Under the pieces are notes generated by a model. That model had not been told where the DNA came from, did not search any database, and saw only the letters and a program-made list of their open reading frames with translations. Of a stretch of 64,000 bases of DNA, positions 41,059 through 51,153 are shown one piece after another. A program made the translations under genes and the position numbers. Numbering within the stretch: position 1 is the stretch's first letter; every line of letters starts with the position of its first letter. Source of the stretch: an uncultured Alphaproteobacteria bacterium (lineage in GTDB: Bacteria > Pseudomonadota > Alphaproteobacteria > CACIAM-22H2); assembly GCA_963748455.1 (NCBI GenBank), contig CAVVJD010000020.1, positions 17,097-81,096 of the forward strand, in the 5' to 3' direction.

Positions 41059-41460
41059 TTAACCGTCGTCCTCGAAACATGCTACGCCGTCGGGAATACG
41101 CACCCAAGGCTGCTTGCGCTTGGTCCAGTAATGCGCGCTTGGCCGCAACGACGCGGTGTCATCCAGCGTGCCGGCCTTGACGCTGATCATGTCGCCCTTG
41201 CGGTGATAGAGGCGCGTGCCGCAGTCCGGGCAGAACGCGCAGCTCTTGCTCCGGCCGCTGTCGGCTCGCACTTCGAAGAATTTGAGCTGGCCCGCCAGGA
41301 TCTCAAGATCGCTGAATTTCAGCACCAGGCTCATGCCGAAAGCGCTGCCCGATTGGCGCTGGCATTCAGTGCAATGGCAGGCGACGAGTTCCAAGGGATC
41401 GCCCGCGATGCGATAGCGCACGGCACCGCACTGACAACCGCCCGTCGCTCCTCTCGTCAT
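41059..41460 (-). CDS. GFA-family (glutathione-dependent formaldehyde-activating / CENP-V-like) zinc protein
   Basis: ORF 41059..41460. GGCQCGAVRY ... CHCTECQRQSG ... FCPDCGTRL cysteine pattern. Confidence 0.85.
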   Translation of the reverse strand: MTRGATGGCQCGAVRYRIAGDPLELVACHCTECQRQSGSAFGMSLVLKFSDLEILAGQLKFFEVRADSGRSKSCAFCPDCGTRLYHRKGDMISVKAGTLDDTASLRPSAHYWTKRKQPWVRIPDGVACFEDDG

Positions 41461-41471
41461 GGCGCAAGCTC

Positions 41472-42164
41472 CTATCCCGTCGCACCATCCGTCTTCAGTC
41501 GCGTGTATTCGAGGCGATAGAACCCGAGCAGGGCCGCGTCCACGTCCATCTCGACGATGTCGTTGAGCCGGTCGATGGCGTTTCGCAGCGGATCGAGATT
41601 GCAGCCTTCGATCAGCAATGCGCCGACCGGCGCCGCCTGGATGTCGCTGCGGCCCTTGGATTCAGCGGTGCGCGCGGCACTCGCGTCGCTGTTGGTGGCA
41701 CAGAGATGCACGCCCGTGACCTCCGGCATGTTCGCTAGCTCGGCGAGCTTGCCGGACGCCTCGGCGAGCGCCGCGAACGCCGCCTGCCCGTCCGTCGAGC
41801 CAGGAAAGCGCAGCGTCGCCAGCATCCCGCCCGGCCCCGGCCCCGCACTGGAGACCACGCGCGTCAACGCCCGCGACGTATCGCGGAAATGCGCGGTGGC
41901 GCGCTTCGTCCAGTCCGTGGGCGCGTTGAGACGGGCGAGATAGGCCTCGCTCGTGGTGACCTCGATATTGACGGTCTCGTAGAGCGTGAAGAATTCCGGC
42001 CGCGTCTCTTCCGTGAGGCATATGTAGCGCCGACCGCGCAGGAAACCGGGAATTGCCGCACGCTCGGGCATATGCTCGTGCAGATGCCAGGCATAGAATT
42101 CATCGCGCCCTTCGGGGGTAATGCCGTTCCAGATGCAGATCGCGCCCGAACCTGCGAGTGACAT
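41472..42164 (-). CDS. hypothetical protein (two ~100-aa halves; no family assigned)
   Basis: ORF 41472..42164. Real-gene composition. Its C-terminal 40 aa are duplicated as a remnant at 37975-38100. Confidence 0.6.
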   Translation of the reverse strand: MSLAGSGAICIWNGITPEGRDEFYAWHLHEHMPERAAIPGFLRGRRYICLTEETRPEFFTLYETVNIEVTTSEAYLARLNAPTDWTKRATAHFRDTSRALTRVVSSAGPGPGGMLATLRFPGSTDGQAAFAALAEASGKLAELANMPEVTGVHLCATNSDASAARTAESKGRSDIQAAPVGALLIEGCNLDPLRNAIDRLNDIVEMDVDAALLGFYRLEYTRLKTDGATG

Positions 42165-42179
42165 GGATAGACCTTTGAC

Positions 42180-42926
42180 TTAGTAGGTGGCGCGGCCGCC
42201 GGAAAGATCGAATACGGCACCGGTCGAAAAACTGCAATCGTCCGATCCAAGAAAAGCCACCATCGCCGCGATCTCCTCAACCCCGACAAAGCGGCCCATC
42301 GGAATGCGCGACACGATCTCGGCACGCCGCGCCGGCGTGATCTCCTTGGCCATGTCCGTCTCCGCCGCCGCCGGGGTGATGCAATTGACCAGGATCCCCT
42401 CCAGCGCCAGCTCTTTGCCTAACGATTTTGTCAGCGCAATGATCCCTGCCTTCGACGCGGCATAGGCACCCGCTTGCGGCATGCCTTCCTTGGCCTGAAT
42501 CGAAGACACGTTGACAATACGCCCGCGCACCGGCCCGGATTGTTTCAGCAGATACGGCACCACCGCGCGGCTGACCAGGAAAGTGCCGACAAGATTGACG
42601 TCGACCACGCGACGGAACTCGGCCGGCTTCTGTTCCCACAGCCGGCCCACCGGTCCGAGAATGCCCGCGTTATTGACCACCAGCGCGACGCGGCCCAGCG
42701 CGTCCCAGGTCCGTCGTGTCGCCGCGTCAACCTGGCATTCGTCCGTGACGTCGACGGCGATGCCGAGATGATCGCCGCCCAGGCTCTGCGCCGCCGCCGC
42801 GGCGCCATCGCGATCCCACAGCGCCACGCGCGCCCCCTCGTCCACGAGGCGGCGCGCGATGGCAAGGCCGATCCCGCGCGCGCCGCCCGTGATCAGGGCG
42901 GCGCGGCCGGCAAAGCGTGATGCCAT
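42180..42926 (-). CDS. SDR-family oxidoreductase (3-oxoacyl-ACP reductase-like)
   Basis: ORF 42180..43031 trimmed to MASRFAGRAALITGGARGIGLA. NNAG, YAASKAG motifs. Confidence 0.85.
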   Translation of the reverse strand: MASRFAGRAALITGGARGIGLAIARRLVDEGARVALWDRDGAAAAAQSLGGDHLGIAVDVTDECQVDAATRRTWDALGRVALVVNNAGILGPVGRLWEQKPAEFRRVVDVNLVGTFLVSRAVVPYLLKQSGPVRGRIVNVSSIQAKEGMPQAGAYAASKAGIIALTKSLGKELALEGILVNCITPAAAETDMAKEITPARRAEIVSRIPMGRFVGVEEIAAMVAFLGSDDCSFSTGAVFDLSGGRATY

Positions 42927-42934
42927 AAGGCGGT

Positions 42935-43903
42935 TTACTTCGGCAGATACGCGTTGGTGTAGAACGAGTCCGCCTTCATGTCGGTCTTGAGCTCCTGATA
43001 GTCCTTCATCAGGTTGAGCGTCATCTCCCAATCGCCATGCTGCATTTGGCCGATCGGCGCCTTGGGTGCCGAGCGCGAGCGCACGAGCTGCAGCCCAGCG
43101 GCGAGTTGCTTCATCGCCATGTCCTTTTCCATGTCGGGCTTGACCTTGATGCCGGCGGCGATCGACGATGCGGGGTCCTTTTCCGCATCGGCAAAGGCTT
43201 TTTGCGTCGCGCGAATGAAGCCCTCGACCAGCTTGGCTTTGGCCTTGATCGTGTCCTCGTGGACGTGAATGGCGAGCCCCATCGTGTTGACGCCGTAATC
43301 GGCGTAATTGAGCACCGTTGTCTTGAGGCCCTTCTGTTCCAAAATGAAGGGCTGGTTCTCCGAGCCGCCGAGCATGCCGTCGGTGCGCTTCTCCAGCGTC
43401 GCGACCAGCTTCGTGGCGCCATCGACGCGCAGGAAGTTGATCTTCGACTCATCGAGCTTGTTGGCCTTGATCAGCGCCGGCATGATCGTGAGCCCCGCCT
43501 CGCCCGCCGTCGCCGCGATGGTCTTGCCTTCGAGGTCCTTGAGCGATTTCACATTCGCGTCCGCGCGCATGATCACCGCGAACGGCGTGGTATTCATGAT
43601 GCCCATCACCGCCTTGATGGGAGCGCCCTTGGTCATGCCGTTGATGATGCTCGCCCCGTCGGACAGACCGAACGTGTCGCCCTTGGCGCCGATCACCTGC
43701 ACCGCCGAGGCCGAGCCCTTGCCCTCCTCGACACTGAGATCGATCCCCTCGGCCTTGTAGTAGCCCTTCTCGACGCCGAGATGGAACGGCGTGTGGAAGC
43801 CGTAGATCAGCCAGTTCAGGCGCAGCGTTGCCTTCTCCTGCGCCAGGGCCGGCGCCGTCGCGGCAATCGTCAGCGCCGCGGCGAGTAACAGGGACTTCTT
43901 CAT
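42935..43903 (-). CDS. ABC transporter substrate-binding protein, NMT1/THI5 (nitrate/sulfonate/taurine) type
   Basis: ORF 42935..43903. Signal peptide MKKSLLLAAALTIAATAPALA, LRLNWLIYGFHTPFHLGVEKGYY. Confidence 0.8.
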   Translation of the reverse strand: MKKSLLLAAALTIAATAPALAQEKATLRLNWLIYGFHTPFHLGVEKGYYKAEGIDLSVEEGKGSASAVQVIGAKGDTFGLSDGASIINGMTKGAPIKAVMGIMNTTPFAVIMRADANVKSLKDLEGKTIAATAGEAGLTIMPALIKANKLDESKINFLRVDGATKLVATLEKRTDGMLGGSENQPFILEQKGLKTTVLNYADYGVNTMGLAIHVHEDTIKAKAKLVEGFIRATQKAFADAEKDPASSIAAGIKVKPDMEKDMAMKQLAAGLQLVRSRSAPKAPIGQMQHGDWEMTLNLMKDYQELKTDMKADSFYTNAYLPK

Positions 43904-43923
43904 CGTTTCCTCCGTTTATGAAT

Positions 43924-44736
43924 TCAAATCGGTTTGGCGCCGTCGAGATCGGTGCGTTGCGAGACATGCCAGGGAATAACCAGCCGCTCGACGACTTCCA
44001 CCGCCGCGTAGAGCGCGAAGCCCAGCGCCGACAGCACGAAGATCGAACCGAACGCCATGGTCGTGTTGAGATTGCCGTTGGCCTCGAGCAGCATGTTGCC
44101 GAGCCCGCGATCGGACGCGACGAACTCCGCCACCACCGCCGCCGTCGCCGACAGCGCCGCCGCGACCTTGATGCCGGTGAACAGCGTCGGCAGCGCGTGC
44201 GGCAACTGCACCTTCGTGAAGATGCGCCAGCGTCCGGCCCCGGTCGTGCGCGCAAGATCGAGGATATCCGGATCGACCGAGCGGAATGCCGTGATCGCGG
44301 CCACGACCACCGGAAAGAACGACAGCAGGAAGACCAACAGCACCTTCGGGAACAGCCCAAAGCCGAACCAGATGATGAACAGCGGTGCCACCGCGATCTT
44401 CGGCACGATCTGGAAGAAGATCAGCAGCGGATAGACCGTCTGCTCCATGCGCCGCGAGAACGCGACCAGCAGCGCGAGCGCAATGCCAATCACCACTGCC
44501 GCGACGAAGCCCAGCAGCATCGGCCGCAGCGTATAGTCGGACGAGACGAGATAACGCGCCTGGCGCGTCCAGATCTCGGCGAAGATGGCCGATGGTGTCG
44601 GCAGGATATAGGGTTTGATGCCGAAGACGCGCACCAGCGCCTCCCAGCTCAGCAGGAACGCCGCGATCATCGTTGTTGTGCGCGCTGCACCGGCAAATCG
44701 CCGCGCGGTCTTCGCCGCCATCGTCCCCCTCCCCAT
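43924..44736 (-). CDS. ABC transporter permease (SsuC/TauC-like)
   Basis: ORF 43924..44736 (alternative ATG 44721). EAA-type loop DLARTTGAGRWRIFTKVQLPHALP. Confidence 0.85.
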   Translation of the reverse strand: MGRGTMAAKTARRFAGAARTTTMIAAFLLSWEALVRVFGIKPYILPTPSAIFAEIWTRQARYLVSSDYTLRPMLLGFVAAVVIGIALALLVAFSRRMEQTVYPLLIFFQIVPKIAVAPLFIIWFGFGLFPKVLLVFLLSFFPVVVAAITAFRSVDPDILDLARTTGAGRWRIFTKVQLPHALPTLFTGIKVAAALSATAAVVAEFVASDRGLGNMLLEANGNLNTTMAFGSIFVLSALGFALYAAVEVVERLVIPWHVSQRTDLDGAKPI

Positions 44737-44777
44737 TGACGCCGCGTCGCGATGCTGTAGAGTGCGGCATCCTGTTA

Positions 44778-45611
44778 ATGGAACAATGTCCCATTATCAT
44801 GCGCGTCGTCAAGTCACAGCTTTCCCATTCGCTCGGTGCCCTCGCCCTGCTCGCTGAAGCCGGCCGCGGTGCCCGCTTGACCGACATCGCCGAGAAGCTG
44901 GAAGCGCCCAAGAGCAGCGTGCAGCGCCTGCTGATGCAGCTCGCCGACGAAGGCTGGGTCGAGCAGGACCAGGATACCGGCTATTATCGTCTCACCTATC
45001 GCCTGGCCGTCCTCGGCCAGCGCAGTTTGCAGGCGAGCGGCATCGCCGATGCGACACAGGCGATCTTGCAGGCGCTCGCACGCCAGACGCGCGAGCTGGC
45101 ACGCCTCACCATCGTCGATGGCGAGCGCTTGGTGTGGATCGGCTCGGCACAGGGTGCCCCGCCGGGCCTGATGTATCAACCCGCGATGGGCAACCGCATC
45201 GTCTCGTTTGCAACCGCCAACGGCAAGGCCTGGCTCGCCAATTTGGGCGAGGCGACGGCGCTGCGCATCGCCACCGCCGATGGTCTCGGCGGCAAAAGCG
45301 AACGTGCCGACATCGGCCCCAAGGCGATCCGCTCGCTCGCTGCCTTCAAGCGCGACCTCGCCGAAGTGCGCAAGCGCGGCTACGCGCTGGCCGACGAGGA
45401 GGCCGAGCCCGGCGTCGCCGCCCTCGCGGTCGCCGTGCGCTGCCCGACCACCGGCCGCACGCTGGGCACCACCAGCATCGCCGGCCCGGTCGTGCGCCTC
45501 TCTGCCGCGCGTCATGGCGAAATCCTCGCGCATCTGCGCGACGCCGCCGCCGAGTTCGCGCGCGTCTGGCCGGACAACCGGCCGGCACAATTGAAAACCG
45601 CCTCGGATTGA
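44778..45611 (+). CDS. IclR-family transcriptional regulator
   Basis: Inside ORF 44673..45611. ATG at 44778 or 44799. HTH LTDIAEKLEAPKSSVQRLLMQLADEGWV and an IclR effector domain. Confidence 0.85.
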   Translation: MEQCPIIMRVVKSQLSHSLGALALLAEAGRGARLTDIAEKLEAPKSSVQRLLMQLADEGWVEQDQDTGYYRLTYRLAVLGQRSLQASGIADATQAILQALARQTRELARLTIVDGERLVWIGSAQGAPPGLMYQPAMGNRIVSFATANGKAWLANLGEATALRIATADGLGGKSERADIGPKAIRSLAAFKRDLAEVRKRGYALADEEAEPGVAALAVAVRCPTTGRTLGTTSIAGPVVRLSAARHGEILAHLRDAAAEFARVWPDNRPAQLKTASD

Positions 45612-45618
45612 ACCACCC

Positions 45619-46407
45619 ATGACCGCCAGCACCGGCATCTCGATCCGCGACGTGACCAAGACCTACGGCACGGAAACCGGCGGCGTCCTCGCCCTCGACA
45701 CGTTCAACCTCGACGTGGCCGCCGGCGAGTTCGTCGCGATCGTCGGCCCGTCGGGCTGCGGCAAGTCAACGTTGCTGCGCCTTGTCGCTGGCCTCGTGCC
45801 GGTCTCATCGGGGTCGATTTCCGTCTTCGGTCAGAAGATCAGCGGCCCGCTGCACGATGTCGGCATCGTCTTCCAGCAGCCGATCCTGCTCGACTGGCGC
45901 ACCGTGCTCGGCAACGTGCTCTTCCAGATCGACATGCGCGGCCTGGATACGGCCAAGTTCGAGCCGCGCGCCCGCGACCTTCTGCAACAGGTCGGCCTTA
46001 CCGATTTCGCCGACAAGCGCCCCTACGAGCTCTCCGGCGGCATGAAGCAGCGCACTGCCATCGCGCGGGCCCTGGTGCACGAGCCGCCGCTCTTGATGAT
46101 GGACGAGCCCTTCGGCGCCCTCGACGCGTTGACGCGCGAACAAATGCGCCTCGACCTCGAGCGGCTGTGGATGGCGACGCGCAAGACGGTCATCTTCATC
46201 ACCCACTCGATCGACGAAGCCGTTCTGCTCGCCGATCGCGTCGTCGTCATGTCACCGCGCCCCGGCCGGATCGAACGCATCATCGATGTCGCCATGCCGC
46301 GCCCGCGCGGCTTCGACGGCCGCAAGCATCCGCGCTTCCTCGAAATCAACGACGCCATCACCGAAATCTTCCTGGCGCGCGGCGTGTTGCAGCGGACCGC
46401 GTCGTGA
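45619..46407 (+). CDS. ABC transporter ATP-binding protein (SsuB/TauB-like)
   Basis: ORF 45619..46407. Walker A GPSGCGKST, signature LSGGMKQR, Walker B LLMMDEPFGALD. Confidence 0.9.
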   Translation: MTASTGISIRDVTKTYGTETGGVLALDTFNLDVAAGEFVAIVGPSGCGKSTLLRLVAGLVPVSSGSISVFGQKISGPLHDVGIVFQQPILLDWRTVLGNVLFQIDMRGLDTAKFEPRARDLLQQVGLTDFADKRPYELSGGMKQRTAIARALVHEPPLLMMDEPFGALDALTREQMRLDLERLWMATRKTVIFITHSIDEAVLLADRVVVMSPRPGRIERIIDVAMPRPRGFDGRKHPRFLEINDAITEIFLARGVLQRTAS

Positions 46408-46946
46408 GCGCGACGCTCGACCGGCTCGACACCGTGCTGGCGGAGATGCGCGCGGTGTTCGCCGCCGCGCCCAACGCCGTCGACACTCTCGCGACTGAAA
46501 TCCAGAAGGCGCGCCGCGTGGCGCTCTACGGCGTCGGCCGCAACGGCCTCGTGCTGCAGGCCTTCGCGATGCGCCTCACGCATCTGGGCGTCGACGCGCA
46601 TTTCGTCGGCCAGCTTTCGGCGCCGCCGGTGGCGCCCGGCGACCTCGTCATCGCCGCCATCGCGCTCGGCCGCCTCCCCACCGCCGACGCCGTCCTCACC
46701 GCCGCGCGCACGGCCGAGGCGCGCACGCTCGCGATCACCGCGCGGCCGAAGCTAGTGCAGGGCGCCGACGTCGCGATCGAGCTGCCGGCCCAAACCATGG
46801 CGGACCCACCCAACAGCGTCCTACCCCTCGGCAGCGCCTTCGAACTCGCCTTGTCGCTGCTGTGCGATCTCTGCGTGGTCGAGCTGATGCAGCGCCTCAA
46901 TCGCACCAACGCCGATCTTTTGGCGCGTCACGCCAATCTGCTCTAA
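46404..46946 (+). CDS. SIS-domain protein (6-phospho-3-hexuloisomerase-like)
   Basis: GTG 46404 overlaps the ATPase stop (GTGA). RVALYGVGRNGLVLQAFAMRLTHLG ... LVIAAIALGRLP ... resembles the PHI/SIS fold. Frame of ORF 46167..46946. Confidence 0.65.
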   Translation: MSATLDRLDTVLAEMRAVFAAAPNAVDTLATEIQKARRVALYGVGRNGLVLQAFAMRLTHLGVDAHFVGQLSAPPVAPGDLVIAAIALGRLPTADAVLTAARTAEARTLAITARPKLVQGADVAIELPAQTMADPPNSVLPLGSAFELALSLLCDLCVVELMQRLNRTNADLLARHANLL

Positions 46947-46963
46947 CCAAACTATAAAAATAC

Positions 46964-47038
46964 TGTCACCCGCGGGCTTGACCCGCGGGTCTGACATCGG
47001 CGCGGCCTCAGATGCGCGGGTCAAGCCCGCGCATGACA
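46964..47038. repeat. REP/MITE-like element, family B
   Basis: 24-nt arms TGTCACCCGCGGGCTTGACCCGCG (46964-46987) and CGCGGGTCAAGCCCGCGCATGACA (47015-47038). Confidence 0.8.
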
Positions 47039-47062
47039 ATAGAATTCAAACTAACAATCTGA

Positions 47063-47199
47063 TTCTCGCGGACTTGATCCGCGGGTCCATAGAGCCACAT
47101 TCCGGACACAGCAAGGGATGGCGCCGCAGCACCGAAGCGTCCTCACAATTATTGTCCGCTCTATCTGAGGAATGGACCCGCGGATCAAGTCCGCGGGAA
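47063..47199. repeat. REP/MITE-like element, family B variant (GACTTGATCCGCGGGTCCAT arms)
   Basis: 28-nt arms 47063-47090 and 47172-47199 are near-perfect reverse complements flanking 81 nt. Confidence 0.75.
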
Positions 47200-47219
47200 T
47201 CAGAGAGAAGTGGTGTGGC

Positions 47220-47596
47220 CTATTCAGCCATCACGATGCAAAACTGATTGCCTTCGGGATCGCACATCACGGTGTAGCGATCGGCATCCCGGAGCATCGA
47301 AGCTCCAAGCGCGCGCAGCCGGGCGATCTCCATTTGGCGATCGGCCACCGCGATATCGAGATGCACTCGGTTATTGTCATACTTGCGCCCGGAACCTGCT
47401 GGAAGCAGAGGGTCGGCCCCGGACCGTCGACCATGACAATCGGGTCGGTATCCGGTGAGAGGCCCTTCGCTGCAAGCCGCGCGATCTCTGCGTCGTCATA
47501 GGGTCGAACCTGGTACCCGTCAAGCACCTGCGCCCAAAAGCGCGCCAACGCGGGCGCATATTCGCAATCAAAGACGATCTCCCGGATCCTTCCCAT
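47220..47596 (-). pseudogene. VOC/glyoxalase-like family protein, -1 frameshift near 47382-47392
   Basis: ORF 47267..47596 is credible up to ...GPGPTLCFQQVPG. Another frame continues KYDNNRVHLDIAVADRQMEIARLRALGASMLRDADRYTVMCDPEGNQFCIVMAE* ending at 47220. Length is 3n+2. Confidence 0.7.
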
Positions 47597-47652
47597 CTGG
47601 CGCTTCCTCCAATTCGCGCCGATTTGTCGGCGCGGTCAAAGGTTAGATCGCC

Positions 47653-50600
47653 CTAAATCTCCAGCACTTCTGTGACCCCCGGAAGCGTCTGAAGCTGCGA
47701 GCGCGCGATGGCGGAAATGGCGTAGGTGTCGCGCAGGCTGATTTCCACCTCGCGCTCCTCGCCCAAATTGGCGACGATGCTCACACGGCCGCGACCCTTG
47801 CGCTCTTTGGCGATGGTGGCGGCAACGCCCGGCACGGCGCCGATATCGTTGATCGTGACGCGCAACCCCGCGGCCGCGTGCGCGACCGCGTCGTCGAGAT
47901 ACTGGACCGTCTGTGCGAGCAGCCGCACCGAATCCTCCTCCAACCGCGCATCGGCCGAGACCAGCAACGGCTTGCCCGCGCCCAGCATCTCGCGCGCGAC
48001 CGCCAGCACTTCGGAGAACAGCGTGACCTCGAACGTGCCGCCGGCATCGGAGAGCTGCACGAAGGCGAAGCGATTGCCCTTGGCCGAGGTGCGCTCCTGC
48101 TTGCCGATCAGCGTGCCGGCGAGGCGCACGCGCGTGGCACCACCGGCCGCCAGCCGGGCACCAAGCTCGCTCGAGCGGATCACGCCCAGCCGCTTGAGGC
48201 CCTTGGCGTAGGCATCGAGCGGATGCGCCGAGAGGTAGAAGCCGATCGCGTCGAACTCGTTGCCCAGGCGCTCATGCAGCGGCCAGTCGGGCAGTTGCGG
48301 CACGGTGATGCGCAATCCCTGCCCCGCCCCGCCGCCGAACAGATTGGACTGGTTGCTGCCGCGCTCGTTCGCCGCCGCGTTGGCAATGCGCAACATTGTC
48401 TCGACTGTCGCGAACACGCGCGCCCGGTTAGCCTCGATGCCATCGAACGCGCCGGCCTTGGCGAGGCCCTCGAGCTGGCGCTTGTTGACCTGCTTGGCGT
48501 CGATGCGCTTGGCGAAATCCGACAGATCCTTGAACGGCCCGTTTTCCGCCCGCTCCGCCACCAGCGCCTGCATGGCGGCAGCACCCACGTTGCGGATGGC
48601 GGCGAGCGCGTAGCGCACCGCGCCCTTGCCGGACGAATCGATCTCCACCGTGAAGGTCGGGTATGATTTGTTGATGTCCGGCGGCAGCAGCTTGATCTGC
48701 AGCCGCTCCAGCTCCTGCCGGAACATATTGAGCTTGTCGGTATTGCCCATGTCGAAGGTCATCGACGCGGCCATGAACTCGACCGGGTAGTTGGCCTTCA
48801 GATAGGCGGTCTGGTACGCGACCAGCGCATACGCGGCGGCGTGCGACTTGTTGAAGCCGTAGCCCGCGAACTTGTTGACCTGATCGAAAATCTGCGACGG
48901 CCTTCGCCTCCGGCACGCCGCGCGCCACCGCGCCATCGACGAAGATCTTGCGCTGCGCCTCCATCTCCTCCTTGATCTTCTTGCCCATGGCGCGGCGCAG
49001 GAGATCGGCGCTGCCCAGGCTGTAGCCCGACAGCACCTGCGCGATCTGCATCACCTGTTCCTGGTAGATGATGACGCCGAACGTCTCCTTGAGGATGCCT
49101 TCGAGCGAGGGATAGAGGTAATCCGGCTGCTCCGTCCCGTGCTTGCAGGCGATGTATTTGGGGATGTTCTCCATCGGGCCGGGGCGATAGAGCGCCACCA
49201 GCGCGATGATGTCCTCGAACCGGTCGGGGCGCAGGCGGCGCATCGCGTCGCGCATGCCCGAACTTTCCAGCTGGAACACGCCCGCCGTATCGGCCTTGGC
49301 CAGCAGCTCGAAGCTCTTCTTGTCGTCGAACGGCAGCGCCAGCAGGTCGATCTCGATGCCGCGATCGCGGATCAGCTCGACCGCGCGCACCAGCACGGTG
49401 AGCGTCTTGAGGCCGAGGAAGTCGAACTTCACCAGCCCGGCCTGCTCGACATATTTCATGTTGAACTCGGTCACCGGCATGTCGGAGCGCGGATCGCGAT
49501 AGAGCGGAACAAGCTCATCGAGGGGCCGGTCGCCGATCACCACGCCGGCGGCGTGCGTCGAGGCGTGGCGGTAGAGGCCTTCGAGCTTGAGGCCGATATT
49601 GATGAGCCGCCCGACCGCCTCGTCGGTCTTGCGCATCTCCTGCAAGACGGGATCGCCGTCGATCGCCTGCTGCAAGGTCACCGGGTTGGCCGGGTTGTAG
49701 GGCACGAGCTTGCAGATTCGGTCGACCTGGCCGTAAGGCATCGCCAGCACGCGGCCGACGTCGCGCAGCACAGCGCGCGCCTGCAGCTTTCCAAACGTGA
49801 TGATCTGCGCCACGCGGTCGCGGCCGTATTCGCCTTGGACGTAGCGAATGACCTCGTCGCGCCGCTCCTGGCAGAAATCGATGTCGAAATCGGGCATCGA
49901 CACGCGCTCCGGATTGAGGAAGCGCTCGAACAGCAGCCCGAAACGTAGCGGATCGAGATCGGTGATGGTCAAAGACCACGCGACGACCGAGCCAGCACCC
50001 GAACCGCGGCCGGGACCCACCGGAATGCCGTTCTTCTTCGACCACTGGATGAAATCCGCGACGATCAGGAAGTAGCCCGCGAACCCCATCTTGACGATGA
50101 CGTCGAGCTCATACTCCAGCCGCTCGCGATAGGGCCGCGCCGCCGCTTCCTTCTCCTCGCCCGTCATGCCCTCGCGCCAGACCTGCGTCGCGATGCGGCC
50201 TTCCAGGCCCTTGGCGGCGAGTTCGCGCATCGCGTCGGGCACGCTCTTGCCTTGGCTCGCCGCCGGTGTCGGCAGGATCGGCTGCACCGGCTTCAAGTAG
50301 AACGCGCAGCGCTTCGCGATCACCATCGTGTTGTCGACAGCCTCCGGCAGGTCGGCGAACAGCGCGCGCATCTCCGCCGCCGATTTGAAGCGGTGCTCCG
50401 GCGTCACGCGCCGGCGGTCGGTCTCCGCCACGGTGCGGCCCTCGGCGATGCACAGCAGCGCGTCATGCGCTTCATACATACCGGCATCGGCGAAGAACAC
50501 CTGGTTGGTCGCCACCAGCGGCAGATTGTGCTTGAAGGCGAAATCGATCAGATCGCCCTCGATGCGCGTTTCGGAATCCATGCCGTGGCGCATGATCTCG

Positions 50601-51121
50601 ACATAGAGCCGGCCCGGAAACATCGCGGCGAGCTTCAGCAGCGCCTCTTCGGCCGCCGGCTTCTGCCCGTCGACCAGCAATCGTCCGACCAGTCCCGCCG
50701 GCCCCGCCGTCAACGCGATCAATCCCTCCGCGTGCGCCTCGATCAGCGACAACGGCACCTGCGGCGCCTCGCCCGGATCGGTTTCGAGGAACGCCTTGCT
50801 GACCAGCTTCATCAGATTGCCGTAGCCGGTCTGGTTCTGCACCAGGAGCGCAATCTGGTCGGGCTTGGGCGCCTTGCCGCCGCGCAAGCCGCCATCCGTG
50901 CGCCTTATCGCCAGCAGGCAGCCGAGGACCGGTTGCACGCCGGCCTTGGCCGCGGCGAGCGAGAATTCCATCGCGCCGAAGAGATTGCCGGTGTCGCAGA
51001 TCGCGACGGCCGGCATCTTCTCCTTGGCGCTGAGGGCGACCAGCTTGTCGACCTTCAAGGCACCTTCGGACAGCGAATAGGCGGAGTGGACGCGGAGATG
51101 AACGAAATCGGCGTGAGGCAT
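47653..51121 (-). pseudogene. dnaE: DNA polymerase III alpha subunit, single +1 frameshift at about 48898 (possible sequence error)
   Basis: ORF 48428..51157 is DnaE-like from [17 protein letters not shown] to ...[17 protein letters not shown] 47653..48936 continues [38 protein letters not shown]... to the end. Joined length is 3n+1. ATG at 51121 (TTG at 51157 possible). Confidence 0.92.
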
Positions 51122-51153
51122 GGCGCCGAGTGTCGGAAGGACCGGCCGCGCCG

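Noticed and set aside
44736-44763. TTGACG-N16-TAGAGT promoter and the AATGGAACAATGTCCCATT near-palindrome upstream of iclR.
   Set aside because: Not rejected outright, but too weak to list as a feature. The -10 is poor, the palindrome has three mismatches, and the -35 overlaps the annotated permease start codon.
48890-48910. Programmed ribosomal frameshifting in dnaE or lolD.
   Set aside because: There is no slippery heptamer plus downstream structure at either site. Programmed shifts are known for dnaX and prfB, not for these genes. The same window has many other random indels.
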